Source: Antedon mediterranea (taxonomy: Eukaryota; Animalia; Echinodermata). Taken from it: a stretch of 64,000 bases of DNA. The translations under genes were made by a program, and so were the position numbers. The notes beneath the pieces were generated by a model. It saw nothing but the letters and a program-made list of their open reading frames with translations. It was not told where the DNA came from and ran no database searches. This document shows positions 1 to 18,211 of this stretch, one piece after another. The DNA lies in NCBI RefSeq assembly GCF_964355755.1, contig NC_092671.1:38264304-38328303 (forward strand), in the 5' to 3' direction. Positions within the stretch are counted from its first letter, which is position 1. Every line of letters begins with the position of its first letter.

Positions 1-835
1 GATGGCCAGTAGATAGGCTTAATATACAAACACACATTTAATTAATTAAAGATGAATCCATCATAACATAGATCAAATGACAACGTATACATTGAATACA
101 ATTAGCTACAAGTTTACAAACCCAGAAACTAGAAGTTGGTATCATTTAGCACATGAGTAGGAGGGGAACAAACAGTTGTATTGTGTTCAGTTTACTCTGC
201 CGTAACCTGATTAACTTAAACCAACAGCACAGTGACAAGGGATTGTTTAGGGGCTTGGTGAAGGCATGTCAATGACATTGGGCTTGCTAAAGAAATCTAA
301 TGGAGCTGAATTAAGGTCTCAATTGACACTCAACAAATAACTTATTATACTGTAGGAGTAACTAAGAAGAGTAGCATACAGAGTTACCCAGGCCGCATTA
401 TTTTTTTCCCTATATTGGGTTAAGGCAGAAATCAAGAATAATTCATGACCCAAATTATTTTCTATGATAAAGAATAACAAGACTGACCTACTGTACTTCC
501 TAAATATCGCTTAACCTAACCCTCTAAATAATCTCTCAACTATTAAAAAAAAAACATGGATGATGTTGTTAAGCATCGAACCTTGAGCGCGAGACCCTTA
601 ATAGTCAGGGCTTTTGCTACTGTAAGTTCAAGGATAAAGATAAAGGAGAAACGCTTTAGAAAAATAGGGGGTGGGGGATATGGACCTTTTGGTATACATG
701 ATTTAAGAAAGTCTATAGCTTAGGCCTAGACTGATAATAATGGTCAGAGTAAAACTTAAATATTCACATCCAGTCTTTGCATTTCTGCATATTCTGAAAG
801 CAAAGTATTTCAGTTGGTATTTCTTGTTAACCTAC

Positions 836-3800
836 CTGATCTTTACTGTCTCCAAGTCTATCTGTGACTGCGGGCATTACTGGAAAAAAAAAATAAACAA
901 TTTGATCATTAGCTTTCTATGTTTAAGCCTATATAATTATGAATGAATTATTTTATTACTCAATACTGTACATCTCACATAAACAATCATTATTTCTATG
1001 TTCAAAACATTCAATATGGTCAAAAGAGTACTTCATACACTGTAAAACCTCTTGAATATTAGTATCCCCTATAGAAAATGGTATAATCCATCATTAAAGA
1101 TTAAAGACATTTTTTACAAGGACTTAATAACAATACCTAGATAAATTAACATACAAAAGGGGATACTTTAACTATTCTCTTAAAATATTAAATTGAAAAG
1201 TACTACAGCATATGAATATTTCTATCACAGTTTGTTGAGAAGATACAGTACAGTAGTTATAAATCAGGCTTTTTAAAAAATATGACTGTGGGAACAAGAA
1301 GAGGTTGATATTGTTAAGCTCTGTCTACACTATCAAACTTTATGTGACAAAAAATGTGATGTGCCCATATATTGACATGATGATGTCATATCAATACCAT
1401 ATTTGGGCATATCAATACCATATTTGGGCATATTACTACCATATTTCGGCACATCATAGTTTTTATGGACATGATATCATTACCATATTTGGACATATCA
1501 CTACTATATTTGGGCTAATCACACTTTTTTGTCATAGTTTGATAGTGTAGACAGCGCTTTATGATCTATGAACATGTAGTAGAAAAATAATTAATTTACG
1601 GATGTGCAGATGATTGCAGTGTTGGCTTTGATTTCCCAAATCAATCATAGACTTGTTATAAAAACTCAAACCAACAATGTGTAGATAACCCTTGTGCTTT
1701 AGCTATTATTTACAGCTCATGGGAGCATTTTACAAATCCCAGTATTATTATTATGAAAGTCAATTAGCGGTGCCATTCACTGATCAATACCATTATGAGT
1801 GTACTGCAATGACAACTCTTGTATTGTGTGATATAATCAAATACACGGAAACATGGAGGACCTCCATACACGAAATAAAATGATTTTAAATATTCATTCA
1901 TTGAACTTACAGTAGCATTATTTAATAAAATGTTATTTATTGTTTATTTCATATTCAACAGTGAGAAATTATAGTATAATTTTTAAAAGGCTTAGGGAGT
2001 GGAGTAGAAAGAGTTACAACCCTGGCATTAGGTCAGGATTGAACCCCGGACCTTGGGATTGGAAGGCAAGAACATCAACCACTAAGCTACAGCTCTAATA
2101 CATTCAATGTACATTACATGATCATTTTTTTTCACTTGCGTAGTCCAACAAATAAATATTCAAATGTTCAATGTGTTGTTTTGATTTTAAACTAAAATTC
2201 TAAAAAAGAAAAACCAATTTTCATATTTTATATCAGAATTGAATTACTGATGATTAATATTGATACAGTATCACAAATTACTTTACTCTAATGATTCACA
2301 AATTTACAGTAGTATAAATAAACGTCAGGGTTAATAAAACTATCAAGTATAATTTTTAAAGTACAGTAGTAAAGATGTACACACTTTTTTCAAAATTGAT
2401 GCTGAAATCAGTGGAAATAACTAGTTTTTAGCAAAACATCTGTTACACAGTAGCAATGTAATATAACAAGGACGTGACCTTGGCCGCCATTTGACCTTGC
2501 ATTTCATTTGTCATTTCATTTGTAATTTTACCAGGTACATTGGTATGCAAATTAACGCTTGTTTTAATTTGATTATGTCATAATTATTATGATTTAAAGG
2601 CAATTTGTACTAATGTGTTAAAAACAAATCTCTAGGGAGTTGTAATATTTGATTATTAAGGACACTAGTGTATACGAATGACCTACAGCAATATGAATAA
2701 TATTATGTGCTACATGTTTATTAATTAATGATTACACAAAGTAGGAAAATGCTCTGTATACAGTACACTACCAACATTTATGTATAGAAAAATGTAATGT
2801 GCCCATATATGGACATGATGGTCCCATATATGGACATGATGATGATGTCATAGACTCATAATACTAATACATTTGGGCATATCACTACCATAGGCCTACA
2901 AACTAGTTTGATAGACAAAGTTTAAAACTGAACATCTACATCCATTGGGTTTGTTTGTGGTTTTCCCCACAGAAACGCCAGAAAATTACAGTTTGTATGA
3001 ACAGTAAAGAAATTGGGATCATTTGGACCACAATAAAGTTTTCGTTAAATGACAGTTAAATAGATTTTATCTAAAAATTCTAACTTAATGGCAGTTGCAT
3101 AGATTTTATCTAATTTAATGACAAATAATTCAGTAAATAATTTTGTTTAGTTATTGAATATTGAGACTAATTGACATATTCCTTTAGTTTATTGAACTGA
3201 TGTTATAACTAATTAATGAATACAAATTTATATCACCATGGAAATTATTCTGGGAGCAATATAATCACTATGGAAACCAGCATTTTCTATTAAATGAAAG
3301 CTACCTTGCAAATTCATTCATATTTTTCTAATAAAATTCTGTAAAATTTCTTGTGTGTACACTTCACACATAGGTAATGAACATACAGTAAAAACATACT
3401 GGAAGTGAGGGATAGAACTAGATTATTTTAATAGCATTAAAATGTTTTTTTTCTGAATATTTTAATCTAATATTAGCTCTATCCCAATAAACAGAAGAGA
3501 TTAATGGATACCAGAATAAATCATAAATTATAAAACAAACAATTGTGATAAGATAACCTGCCTGTATATTTAAATGTCAACAATACAGTTATTTGCATAA
3601 TTATTAAAAGGGCAGCAGTTCCATGATTGTCATGTGATAATTATCCAGAACTATACTACTAACAGTTAGATAATCATTTAAATTAATCCAGGGATGTACA
3701 GTAGCTGTATTGGGCATGTTTGTTTCCCATCGTAAATTTGTTACATCCCGTCTAAATTTAAAATTACTTACCGGTTCCAATATGGCTTCTAAATTTCTCC

Positions 3801-5218
3801 TCCATACGTTCCACAAGGACTATGAGACAGTTAAGACCATGTAACGAAAGCTGAAAAAAAAATTTCATTAAATTATGTAGGCCTACAGTATCAAAGTTCT
3901 ATAGTACCTCATAGAGACAATTAAAAGATAAGAGTTTTAACACATGTAGTCTTCATAAAATGATTTGTAGAAGTTTTGATGGAATAATAATGTGCTTTAA
4001 ATAGTTCATCATTAGAGAAACTTACGATTTATGACCGATAACCTAAGACCTACGCATTATTGTATCATTTGGTTGGTCGATGCATGAACATACAGTAGAA
4101 ACTGCTAAACTGTGTTGAGGAATTAAAGTGAGTAGTCTTCACAAATCAACAGTTCCCTCTCATGGTATCGTTGTTTAGCCTGCCTGAATATCAGAACTTT
4201 ATGCAATGAACAAGCTTGCAAAAAAACCGCAACAGTATATGCACTTGTTAAAAGGCAATGTTGTAAGAGTCACAAACACTTTTAATAATCGGCGATTTAC
4301 AATAAGTTTCAGTTACATCATAATGTCCATCTACGTTGACCATTAGAAGGTATTGAATTACACTAACCTCCAACACATGTGACCAGTGTTTTAACAAATA
4401 AGAATATTTTAGCAATTTTACACCAAAAAAAAAAAACCCAAAGAAAGTACCACCATACAATTGCATGTCTATGGCAGTATTTATTCTACTGTGTGGTCAA
4501 TACATTTGCATTGACACATCAAAAAACTTAGCAGCTAGAAAATTGTTCTTTTTTAGACATTTTTAAATGAACTGATAACTTCTCTTGATATTCAATTTCT
4601 TTTATTTCGGAAAATTCATTCAAACAAACAAAGAAAATTCGCAAACTCTAAGCTTAAATATATAGGATACTTCTCTATCTACAATACATTATTACCATTA
4701 TCACATGGGCTATAGATAGGAAGTGTTTTCTCTTTAAGTTTGATAACCAAAAAAAAAAAAGTATCAAGTCGAACGTCAAATACTTTAATAGATGACGCAC
4801 TGTTTGTTAATAAGATAAAACCGACATTAGAAACTTGACCTTTTATTCATTGGATGTATTTTGCATGTTGAAAAAAAACCCATTATAAACATGTTTGTAC
4901 TGTACCTTAAAATTACTGCTGCTGACCCACCCTACCAGGCCATCATGCCCATCAATGTTCTGACATTAGAAAATTGACCTTTTATTCATGTAATGTAATG
5001 TGTATGTTGAAATTTTAAAAAAACCCAGTCTGTACCTTAAAATTACTGCTGCTGACCCACCCTACGAGGCCATCAATGAGCCTGTCAAGGTTCTCGCATT
5101 TGACAGGGTTAGATTTCACCGCAAGGTACTCTTGCAGTTCTTTGCTAGCCTGAATACGCACTTGTGTGTCCGATCTCAAAACCTTTGCCGCAATATCATC
5201 CAGTGATATTTCTCCCAT
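836..5218 (-). CDS. CLASP1: CLIP-associating protein (CLASP), N-terminal TOG1 exons; gene continues off the left edge
   Basis: Exons 5218-5036 (MGEISLDD...LIDGLVGWVSSSNFK), 3850-3772 (LSLHGLNCLIVLVERMEEKFRSHIGT), 879-836 (VMPAVTDRLGDSKDQ), all GT-AG and phase-compatible. Resembles CLASP 'LVDGLATSWVNSSNYKV...LIDRLGDAKD'. Acceptor at 5277 and a candidate non-coding first exon ending at donor ~9456. Confidence 0.9.
1317..1558. mobile_element. Harbinger/PIF-like MITE family A, copy with expanded internal 21-bp repeats
   Basis: TIR AGCTCTGTCTACACTATCAAAC, TTA on both flanks, internal CATATCACTACCATATTTGGG-type repeats. Confidence 0.8.
1989..2097 (-). mobile_element. tRNA-derived SINE family 1 copy
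   Basis: Reverse complement matches 32636-32760. Confidence 0.65.
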
Positions 5219-6880
5219 CGTAACTCTCGTTGGAAGAATCACGTTCACAGCAAAATTAAGGACTTACTGTCATTCTTCTGTAAAAAAAAAAAGGAAACAT
5301 ATTTGTAAAGAAATTACCTTTTTTTGTAATCATTAGCTACAATACAGTAAGTGTAATACACTATAATGATACAAGTACAATTCTCAGGAGGTTTGAATAC
5401 CAAATTTTCCGAAAATTCGCAGGGGTATAATCCCACTTCAGGTCTAATCCCACCCCTTACTTTATGTCTGATTTCACAAACAGGCATATCCCTGGGTATA
5501 GTCCCAGTATTGAATTTTGGTCTGGATGTAGGCCTCTCTCTAGCCAGTTCAAATGAGTTTTTCTATTTTTTTCCTAAACCAAGATGTCCCCGGGTATAGT
5601 CCGACCCCTGAAGCCAGCCCAATTTTGTGTTCTAGCGGGGTGGGATTATACCAGAGGATGGTTTTAACAATGGAATTGACCTGATTCATATGGGTCAAAT
5701 TAGGGGCTGGGATTATACGGTAAAATCTGTATTCAACTGTGGTCACATGATGCTCTAATTGTTTTAGTCATCATACAAAGACAATACTAATGGTTCTCAT
5801 GTTGCATTTCAAGCAGTCTCTTGTATTGATTATTAATTCATGTTATCTACAATATGTTTAATCAGTAATGTACACCAAACATTGAAACATTACAAATAGG
5901 AAAGGTAAACATCACAGGGTAGCCAATCTGTGTCACTCACAAAGTTACACAGACGAGCAGTAACGGTAATAAAAATATAGAATCTCTAAAATTGAAAAAA
6001 TTCATCTCCTTCCCAAAACGTTAATTTTGTCCTTCACTAAAAACGAAAATTTGATTTTAAAAATAGAATCTCTATAATTATATTCATTATGACCGTTTAC
6101 CTACACACAACACGAAGCGGACGGTTTTGATTTCCGCTCAAGATAAATACAGATTCTACATGGGACAAGCTACGCAGCTTTTCGCTTACCGTTCGTGTGT
6201 GTAAATTTACCTTTTATAGTCTTAATTGAGACAAAAGATTGTCACGCAATGAAAATGTTATTAAACATTATAATTTATATAAGGTGTATAAATTTCAATA
6301 TGGAATTTGTTCAAAATACATCACCTCTCAAAATACTGAACAGTACATACAGGTAGCTACAAATGACTAACAAAATAAAACATAAATTCAGAAATTACAT
6401 CCAAGGATATAGAATCATGAAACCAAACTATAGGCCTACAGTATGCAACACAATTCTGCCATACAATTTTGCCATTTTATTCTGTTCAACTGTACTTACC
6501 ATTTAATATATTCCATATAATAATTTATAAATAAATATAAACACAAACACTAACAACAACACCTTAAAAAGTCCCAATGCAATGAATGACTTATTAAAGC
6601 TGGCAAAGCTCTGTTTTCATTCCTTAATGACTTGTTACAATAGTTGTTTTGTATCTATCAATTGTTACTGCTCTCTATTGTATTGTTAACTGTCAAAGTG
6701 GACATCAAAGTTGGGTACATATAAGGCAAGCTTTGAATTCATTGCATTTAGCCTTGGAAACATATCATTCACATGAGATGAGGATTTCTTGCACAATTAC
6801 TTTTTAAAAATTTAACAAAATTATTAGAAATTATTAGTACTGCACTAAATAAATATCAATACAGACAAGGTACACAGGGA

Positions 6881-7055
6881 CAGGGAAAAATTTCATTTGA
6901 AAATTTTGTTTAGCAAAATTGCTAATCAAACTGATTTTTTAGTCAAGAAACATAGTTTTGTATTGTATTTTTTGCTACACAATTGTAGAAATGTGTAGCA
7001 AGAAGGTTGTTTTGTATAGCTTTTTGCTATGCTACACTGGCGAAATTATTCCCTG
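6881..7055. mobile_element. CAGGG-terminated MITE copy
   Basis: Reverse-complement match to 9982-10156. Confidence 0.7.
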
Positions 7056-7198
7056 AGGGAGCTATACACTGTAGTTGTCTCAATTGAAGCGTAAGGAGTG
7101 GAGTTAAAAAAGTTGTGAGTTACAACACTGGTACTGGTAGTACTACTGTAGGTCAGGATTGAACCTTTGACCTTGGGAGAGGAAGGCAAGCATGTTAA

Positions 7199-8206
7199 AG
7201 GAAAGGAACACTCTAATATCTTACCTAACTATTATAAAAGTAACCCTACCAACTTAATATTCAGCACAATTTATGTTTAAATCGGATTTGTAGTTTTCTA
7301 GTAAACAGGATTTTAAAGCTGTTTTTAAGACATTTGAAAATCGCCATCTTGTGCTCATAGCAGCCTGTTTGTGACGTCAGATACGGCCGACGAAAATTTT
7401 AAGATTTGCGGTTGCATTCGGCGATTCTATTGGCTAAGCGAATCCGCTAATATGATTGGCTAATAACGCGACATGCGGTCATGCAGGACGGCGATGACAC
7501 GGTATGAGCATCCGCTGACTTGGTAAACAAACCTTCGATCGATCTTTTCTTCTGCAAGCCAATTCGTAAATCTTTCAGCTATTGTTAATGTTAATCTATT
7601 GTTACATTTATTGCCTAGCTGTTTCAAACGGGATTTGGTAGGGGAATTAACTGGCAAACCTTCCAAACGGAGGCTGTTGGTTGACGATGCAGTGTCTACT
7701 TTATTTTCGTTCAACACGAGTTCTAGGCCTAGTAAGGCATACAGTAAAGATACACTGGCCGAAAGTACACCATTCTTAGACGGCTTGTTATGCTCGAGAA
7801 TGTTCTTTTTTCCTCATCAGCACGACGCAAAACTAACTCACTTTCTGTATATTCTGGTTCCAAATTTTCTTAATTATAAAAACTTCAAGCCATATTCCAA
7901 AAATATTAGGTATGTTAGGCTATTTAATTGATTTTATTTTATGGTTATATCCCGCACTTCCATATTGAAATACTGTACTAAGACGATGGACGCTTGGATT
8001 TGCTTGAATGCGTCCACCTAATCTGACGTCACATAATTGCTCTTAACCTGTCAAAATGGCGCTGTTCAATTTCCGATATGTTGTCGTTTAAAAGTCTATT
8101 TTTTAACTAAATTGCTTACTATTGTACCTTGAACCATTGTAATCATGTTTTTATTACATTTATCTATAAGCACAGTGGCACATTTAGCCCAGGGTGTTCC
8201 TTTCCT
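7199..8206. mobile_element. Non-autonomous Kolobok-like DNA transposon inserted into a SINE
   Basis: TTAA TSD (7195-7198, 8207-8210) and TIR AGGAAAGGAACAC...GTGTTCCTTTCCT. The flanks rejoin into the tRNA-SINE seen at 1989-2097. Confidence 0.8.
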
Positions 8207-9450
8207 TTAACCAACTAGCTACAGCTCCACTGTTTTGTTGTTGAATTTACAATGTTTTGGGATCTTACAACATTTTGGGATAGTTTCCGGTTTTTAGAGT
8301 TTGATTTTGGGATAACAGTATCTATACACACAATGTTAACTTTCCAACATGAAATAAATTAAGGTTTTTATCAACTTTTGAAAGATTGTATGTTAGATAT
8401 TATATTATTAGAATGTCAGACTTTAAATTTCTACTATAAATTATTCTTTCAGAAAACAATGGAACCGAGAGACGTTATCATCAGATGGGATATCCAGTAA
8501 AAGAATGACTAATTAAAGACGAAAGGCCCAAAGTAAAGTAGTTAAGAGTCACACATTCTAATTAATGAATAGATGAAAGGTGAGACATCTCCAAAATGCC
8601 AAATTTCCAAAGAATGTATGTTAACTTTTTTTAAATTCAACAAAAAGTGTCATAGGTGTCATATTTACATTTTTATTGTAAAATGTTGTACTGTCACCCT
8701 GAGCATGAACCTACCAGTCACAATTACATGGAATTTACTCATAATTATTATAGTAATAATTTGATAACTATATTGTTAGATTTCCATATACTTTATTATG
8801 TTTTATTTGAAGCTAGGCCTAGACCAGGGAAGAGTGTTCCTGGCCTAGACCACAACTGCTACCTGGACCGTTCATCATTTCTCTACATTTAATTTAAAAA
8901 TATTCTTTATGATTTATGGTATAAAGAACAAAACTGATTGATGGACTAGAGTAGTACTACTAGTAGCACTTCAACAATAAACTAATGTTTAATTTAATTA
9001 ATAAGAACAAAGTACAGTGTAATTAAGTTTAATTAGCATGTAAATAATTATATACAACTGTCATTCATTAATTAATTGTACCAAAGTACACTGTAGTCAG
9101 TACAGTCAGAGAGTAGTATTTAGGCCAATTTGTGGTTAAACCGTTAGTGATGTATCATGTTCAATTAAAAATTTGAAAAAGTTTCAAAACCTATATTAAA
9201 ATATTTATTCTTATTATTATGCAGACCAGGCACACGGCCTAGGCCTATGCCTAGACAATGTGTTCGCAAAAAAAGCGCGGTTACCACGATCATAAAGAGG
9301 TCGAGCAAGCGTGACACTCTCTGGCTGAGAGAGGGCTGCTGCCACATCGTTACGTTGGTATTGGTTTGGTGGTGGTGTAATTCCAAGATAAACATCCGAC
9401 TTTCAATGCAATGCTTTTCTTGCCACTCGCCATTAATTGCCATGTTCATA

Positions 9451-9600
9451 CCTACCTTATTTAAAGATTAAAATGATGCAATATAGTTATAGTATAAATC
9501 CTGAATAATGCTTGCAATCTTATGTGTTGACTAATTTATTTCATTTTGTCGATTCCGCCATCTTATGTGTGTACATTTCAAATATGTGACGTCATACGTC
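9451..9600 (-). promoter_or_regulatory. Probable CLASP promoter / non-coding first exon
   Basis: Minus-strand donor AAG|GTAGGT at 9456/9455, YY1-type AAGATGGCGG at ~9554-9563, CRE palindrome TGACGTCA at 9587-9594. Confidence 0.5.
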
Positions 9601-9981
9601 AGATTGCACGCTTCAATGACCTTTGCAAAAATAATAAAATTGGGGGATATCGTTCGTGAACGTTCAAATTACGTATATAACGATACATTTTTATTTGTCA
9701 ATATATAAATCTATTAATTTTATACTTTATATTGAATAAACATTGCGCTGGATTTATGTGTATAATCGAGAAATATGTTGCCGAAATTGTTTTTGATAAA
9801 TTAATTAGACACCTGCATAGCCTATACATTACTAGGTTCTAGTTAAATGTATTGTTCATACTGTAATATTATTTTTATTCTATTTTTACACTAAATAAAT
9901 TAATAAAATATGCAATAATAATTTTGTTGAAATAAATTCATTACATAAGTACCAATGTTTTGATTCATTTTTGTATGTATG

Positions 9982-10156
9982 CAGGGAATAATTTCGCCAG
10001 TGTAGCATAGCAAAAAGCTATACAAAACAACCTTATTGCTACACATTTTGAAAATTGTATAGCAAAAAATACAATACAAAACCATGTTTCTCGACTCAAA
10101 AATTAGTTTGATTAGCAATATTTCTAAACAAAATTTTAAAATGAAATTTTTCCCTG
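9982..10156. mobile_element. CAGGG-terminated MITE (P/hAT-like); inverted second copy at 6881-7055
   Basis: TIR CAGGGAAWAATTTC, 7-bp flank duplication ATGTATG. Confidence 0.7.
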
Positions 10157-10739
10157 ATGTATGTGACTAATTGAACACACACGGTAAAGTTACGTTTAGC
10201 TAGCTATACATTTAACGCAAATTAAATGAATGGAAATTTTGTGGGAAAAAAACTTTTTAAAAATTAAGATTAATGTCGGTAAAATATAAAAGTTGAAACT
10301 AGCATTTAATTTCTGCTTTTACCCTTTTTTTTTTGTGGTAAATTTACAAATAGGCCTATGATTCAACTGAATATTAGGAGAAGTAAAAACTGATGCCGAA
10401 TATATGTTGATGAAAACCAACAGATCAATAACAATGATGTTGATGATGTCATGATAGACAAATAATGATTTTAAGAATGATGATAATTATTATCGATGAT
10501 TACACTGACGTGATTGTGATAATATTACAATGATTATAAATTTGACGAATTGGTGTCACCACGTACCTCAGCAAAGACTCTATTTTTGTCTCGGACTGCC
10601 AAAGATCTATCTGTACTCTAAAATAAAATTGAGGGCGCTGTATCAATTTTAAGTCCTATCAGACAGAGAAATCATTTCACAGTGCACACAAAAAGTACAA
10701 GCGGTAGTGTGGAAAAGCAAAAAATCGATGGATATTTAA

Positions 10740-11365
10740 AGCCCCATTCCCTACGTTTTTTAGATCTAATTTAAGATCACAAACTATATTTAATGTAAAA
10801 ATAATACTATATGGTCCTATTGCGATAACTTTTTTCGTCTTTAAACGGTTAAAAATGTGAAAAATAAGCCGATTCTAATAATTATAGCGGCCCGCTATAA
10901 ATCCCAAAATGCATTGCGCGCGGATTGATATTTTTGTTTTTCACCTGTAATTCGCCCACTTTTCGATCGATCGTGAGGCCAAAACAAATGGAAGACTCCT
11001 AACTTTTCAGCGAAAATACCGGGTTTTCCCCAATTTGTATCAACGGAGTCTGGCAAAAATAGAAAGACAATTAATGCAGCAACTATACAACGTCAGGCTA
11101 GGTATATAGCTCGCGTACGATGTTCGTACGTTACCGATGTTTACCAGCTAGGCCTACAAAACTAAGCCTAGCTAGGCTAGGCCTAAGACCGTCCACGAGA
11201 GGTCGATCGCCGCGAGCTACTTAGGTAGTGCATTGTTTCTCACTTTTTACCATAATTTACCATAAAACGTACATTTAAGACAAGGAATGACATGGTTTAA
11301 TGTTTTTAAAGTGATATATATGTATTATTTTCCAAAAAACGTCCAAAATTGCAGGGAAGGGGTCT
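10740..11365. mobile_element. Non-autonomous Kolobok-like element
   Basis: TTAA|AGCCCCATTCCCTAC ... GCAGGGAAGGGGTCT|TTAA imperfect TIRs. Confidence 0.65.
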
Positions 11366-13284
11366 TTAAAACATCGATATCATGTCAGCCTGAAAATATA
11401 GTTTAAAAAAACAGGAAATTTATTAGAAACGAAGCAGGTGAATACAATAATATATGCTTTGGTTGGCAAGTTTAAATTGATGGATAAGAAAAAGGAAAGT
11501 GGAAATTAAGACAATTATGATAAATGGTATATTCCATGATCACTTATTCATAATCAGATATGGCATTACACGAATTCATTAGCTCTATATAAATCGTAAT
11601 TTCTTCCAGAAAATACATTAAAAAATATAATCAGTTATCGCAAATATCTTGCTTTCTCGGGAAACGTCATTGCACAATGCATGATGGGAAGGGTTTAGGA
11701 GCAAGCGTAACAACGCCTATGTACAAACAACAAATCATGTAGGTACGCATCATGACTTTTGCTCCCAAACCCTTCCCACCAAGCATCGCGCACGCTATTT
11801 TCGATGACAAACCTTATTAAAAAGATGTGACACAACAAAATAACACACAGTACACAATAGTTGCCAATCGCTTAATATTATAATTTAGCTTTTTCATAGT
11901 AATGCCAGTACTGTTAACAATTCATTTAAGTAATAACTTTGGCTACTTAAATATACAATAACCAAAACCTCATTACATTAATATTAAATCATTAAAACAT
12001 AACAATGTTCTACAACTAATAAATGAGCATTTGCTATCCATTTGCGAAGCAACCGCTACATATTATGTAATACCCAAAGTTTTCAAAGCAATTGAAATCA
12101 TTCGTATATATTATTAGTTATTTACTTTTTTGGTTTTTAATTCTTAATATTTACATTTTAATTTAGCATTTCTAAATTTCAGATTTTAAAAAGTGAGTTG
12201 ACATTAATTATACCAATACAAATATAACAATGTAATGAAAATTAAATTAGAGAAAATCAAAAATAAATCAATAAATTACCAAAAAATTGTGCTTATTTAA
12301 ATTTGATTACAAATTACTATGTTTACATTAAAGCTGTATTTAAATTGTTGACATAACTACCAGGTCAGGTCAAAGTTCATTTGGCATATTTCCAAACTTT
12401 AAATATGTGTTAGATACAGAACACTGTAGTCTACAATGTAACAAATGTGTTACTTTTCGTTTTCACGACATACCATGTGAGAACACGCTTATCAAGTCAA
12501 AAGATCATTCTGCACATGCTCATATGTTTCTGAGCGTGTGCAAAAATAATTTTGTATTTTAATAGGCACACAGGTGGTTATCTCTTTATTACAGTAGATA
12601 TTGGATCTGTTAATAATGTTAAAAGGCTAAAAACTATGATCAAGTTAAATCAAAATTTTAATTTATGCAAGAATTCACATTAAAATATTCGTTGCCTTTC
12701 AATAATATGTGGGTTGATCACCAACCTATAACCCTTAGTTTAGTTTAATATAATAATATAATCCATAAAACAAACAGAAATTATAAATATTACATATATA
12801 TACAACTGTACATATTCATCACAATTGTCAGCATTTGATTGCTAAATTTAATAATTCAATGAGATGTTTTAATTAAATGATTTCTATTTATTTTTTTTTA
12901 GGGGGGAAAGTTCTAATTAGTAATTATTTAATAATTTAGGTCAATGCTGAAATGGCTTGTATGTTTATATGAACCAAATGTGTATATAAATAGCAATCAA
13001 CAACCAAGCTTACAGTAACGTTAGTAACACCACATGTGCACTACTTGAATGCATGTTGTATACACACTAGTGTTTACAACTATAGACACCGTAAAACGAC
13101 TTATAAACATAACAAATGTTTGGATCCTTTTTTGGCATTAAATTGTAGGAATTGTATTAAGAAATTTGACAATTATTTTGTTGTTACAGTGATGCAATTC
13201 TGTATATGCACTGTAAACATTGTAATGCCTTTGTAGCAATATCGACAATGGTAACAAGAAAATTGTTCAGGCTTTAATATCTCA

Positions 13285-13426
13285 AGCTCTGTCTACACTA
13301 TCAAACTAGTTTGACCAAAAAAAAGTGTGATATGCCCAAATATGGTAGTGATATGACATCATCATGTCCATATATGAGTACATCACATGCTTTTGTCACA
13401 TAACGTTTGATAGTGTAGACAGAGCT
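13285..13426. mobile_element. MITE family A copy
   Basis: Both family-A TIRs present. Confidence 0.8.
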
Positions 13427-14171
13427 TAAAAATATCTAACGGATTAATGTTGATGTTTTTAAATAAATAATGTGCGTGCTAGGGTAAAATATTTAGTGTA
13501 CAACTCTAACCGCTAAAAAATAACCAATCTACCTCGCAGCATTATAATGTGAACAGCAATACGCGAGTGCAACATTAACTAAGGCATTAGTCTAGCTACT
13601 GTAACTTCGCAGCATTTATATCATTAGCACTTGGAATGGCGTACTTGCACATATTTGTTCAGCTTTCTTCCCTCGCCCCCTGTACACTCTTCGCAGCCTT
13701 CTGATTGGCTAAACCCTTCCATGGACATTAAGTTTAACTCCGCCCATTACCAAACTGTTACACAATAACAAAATCAACCAACCAGAATAAAATTCTCAGT
13801 CAGGTAATAAGAAGGATGGTTCAACTCCTTGGTTAGGTCAAATGATATGCATGACTGACCGACTTGTTCTGATTGGTTAGATAGCTGAAATTGATTAACA
13901 GACCATGGAGGTATTATTTTATACCTCCATGGTTAGACATCGACACAAACTGTTTATCCTGAAAAGGTAGCGCATAAACCATCTATATTCCCTTAAATAC
14001 ATACTTTTGAAAATTCAATCTAATTCCGAACTCTTCTGGAAACCAAATTGATAACCTTACATCATGCACCTCAGTCCGACCGCTTCGGTGTGTCTCATCC
14101 TATTACTCTTATAACCCTCACTGGAAATAGAACCATATCTACTACCGACTCCTCGACTTCATCTAAGGAAA

Positions 14172-18211
<4,040 letters not shown>

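Noticed and set aside
5345-5732. Possible pogo/Tigger-like relic
   Set aside because: Only one plausible terminus and degenerate internal repeats; boundaries cannot be supported.
7460-7931. ORFs inside the Kolobok-like element as transposase
   Set aside because: Short, with no DDE or zinc-finger motifs recognisable.
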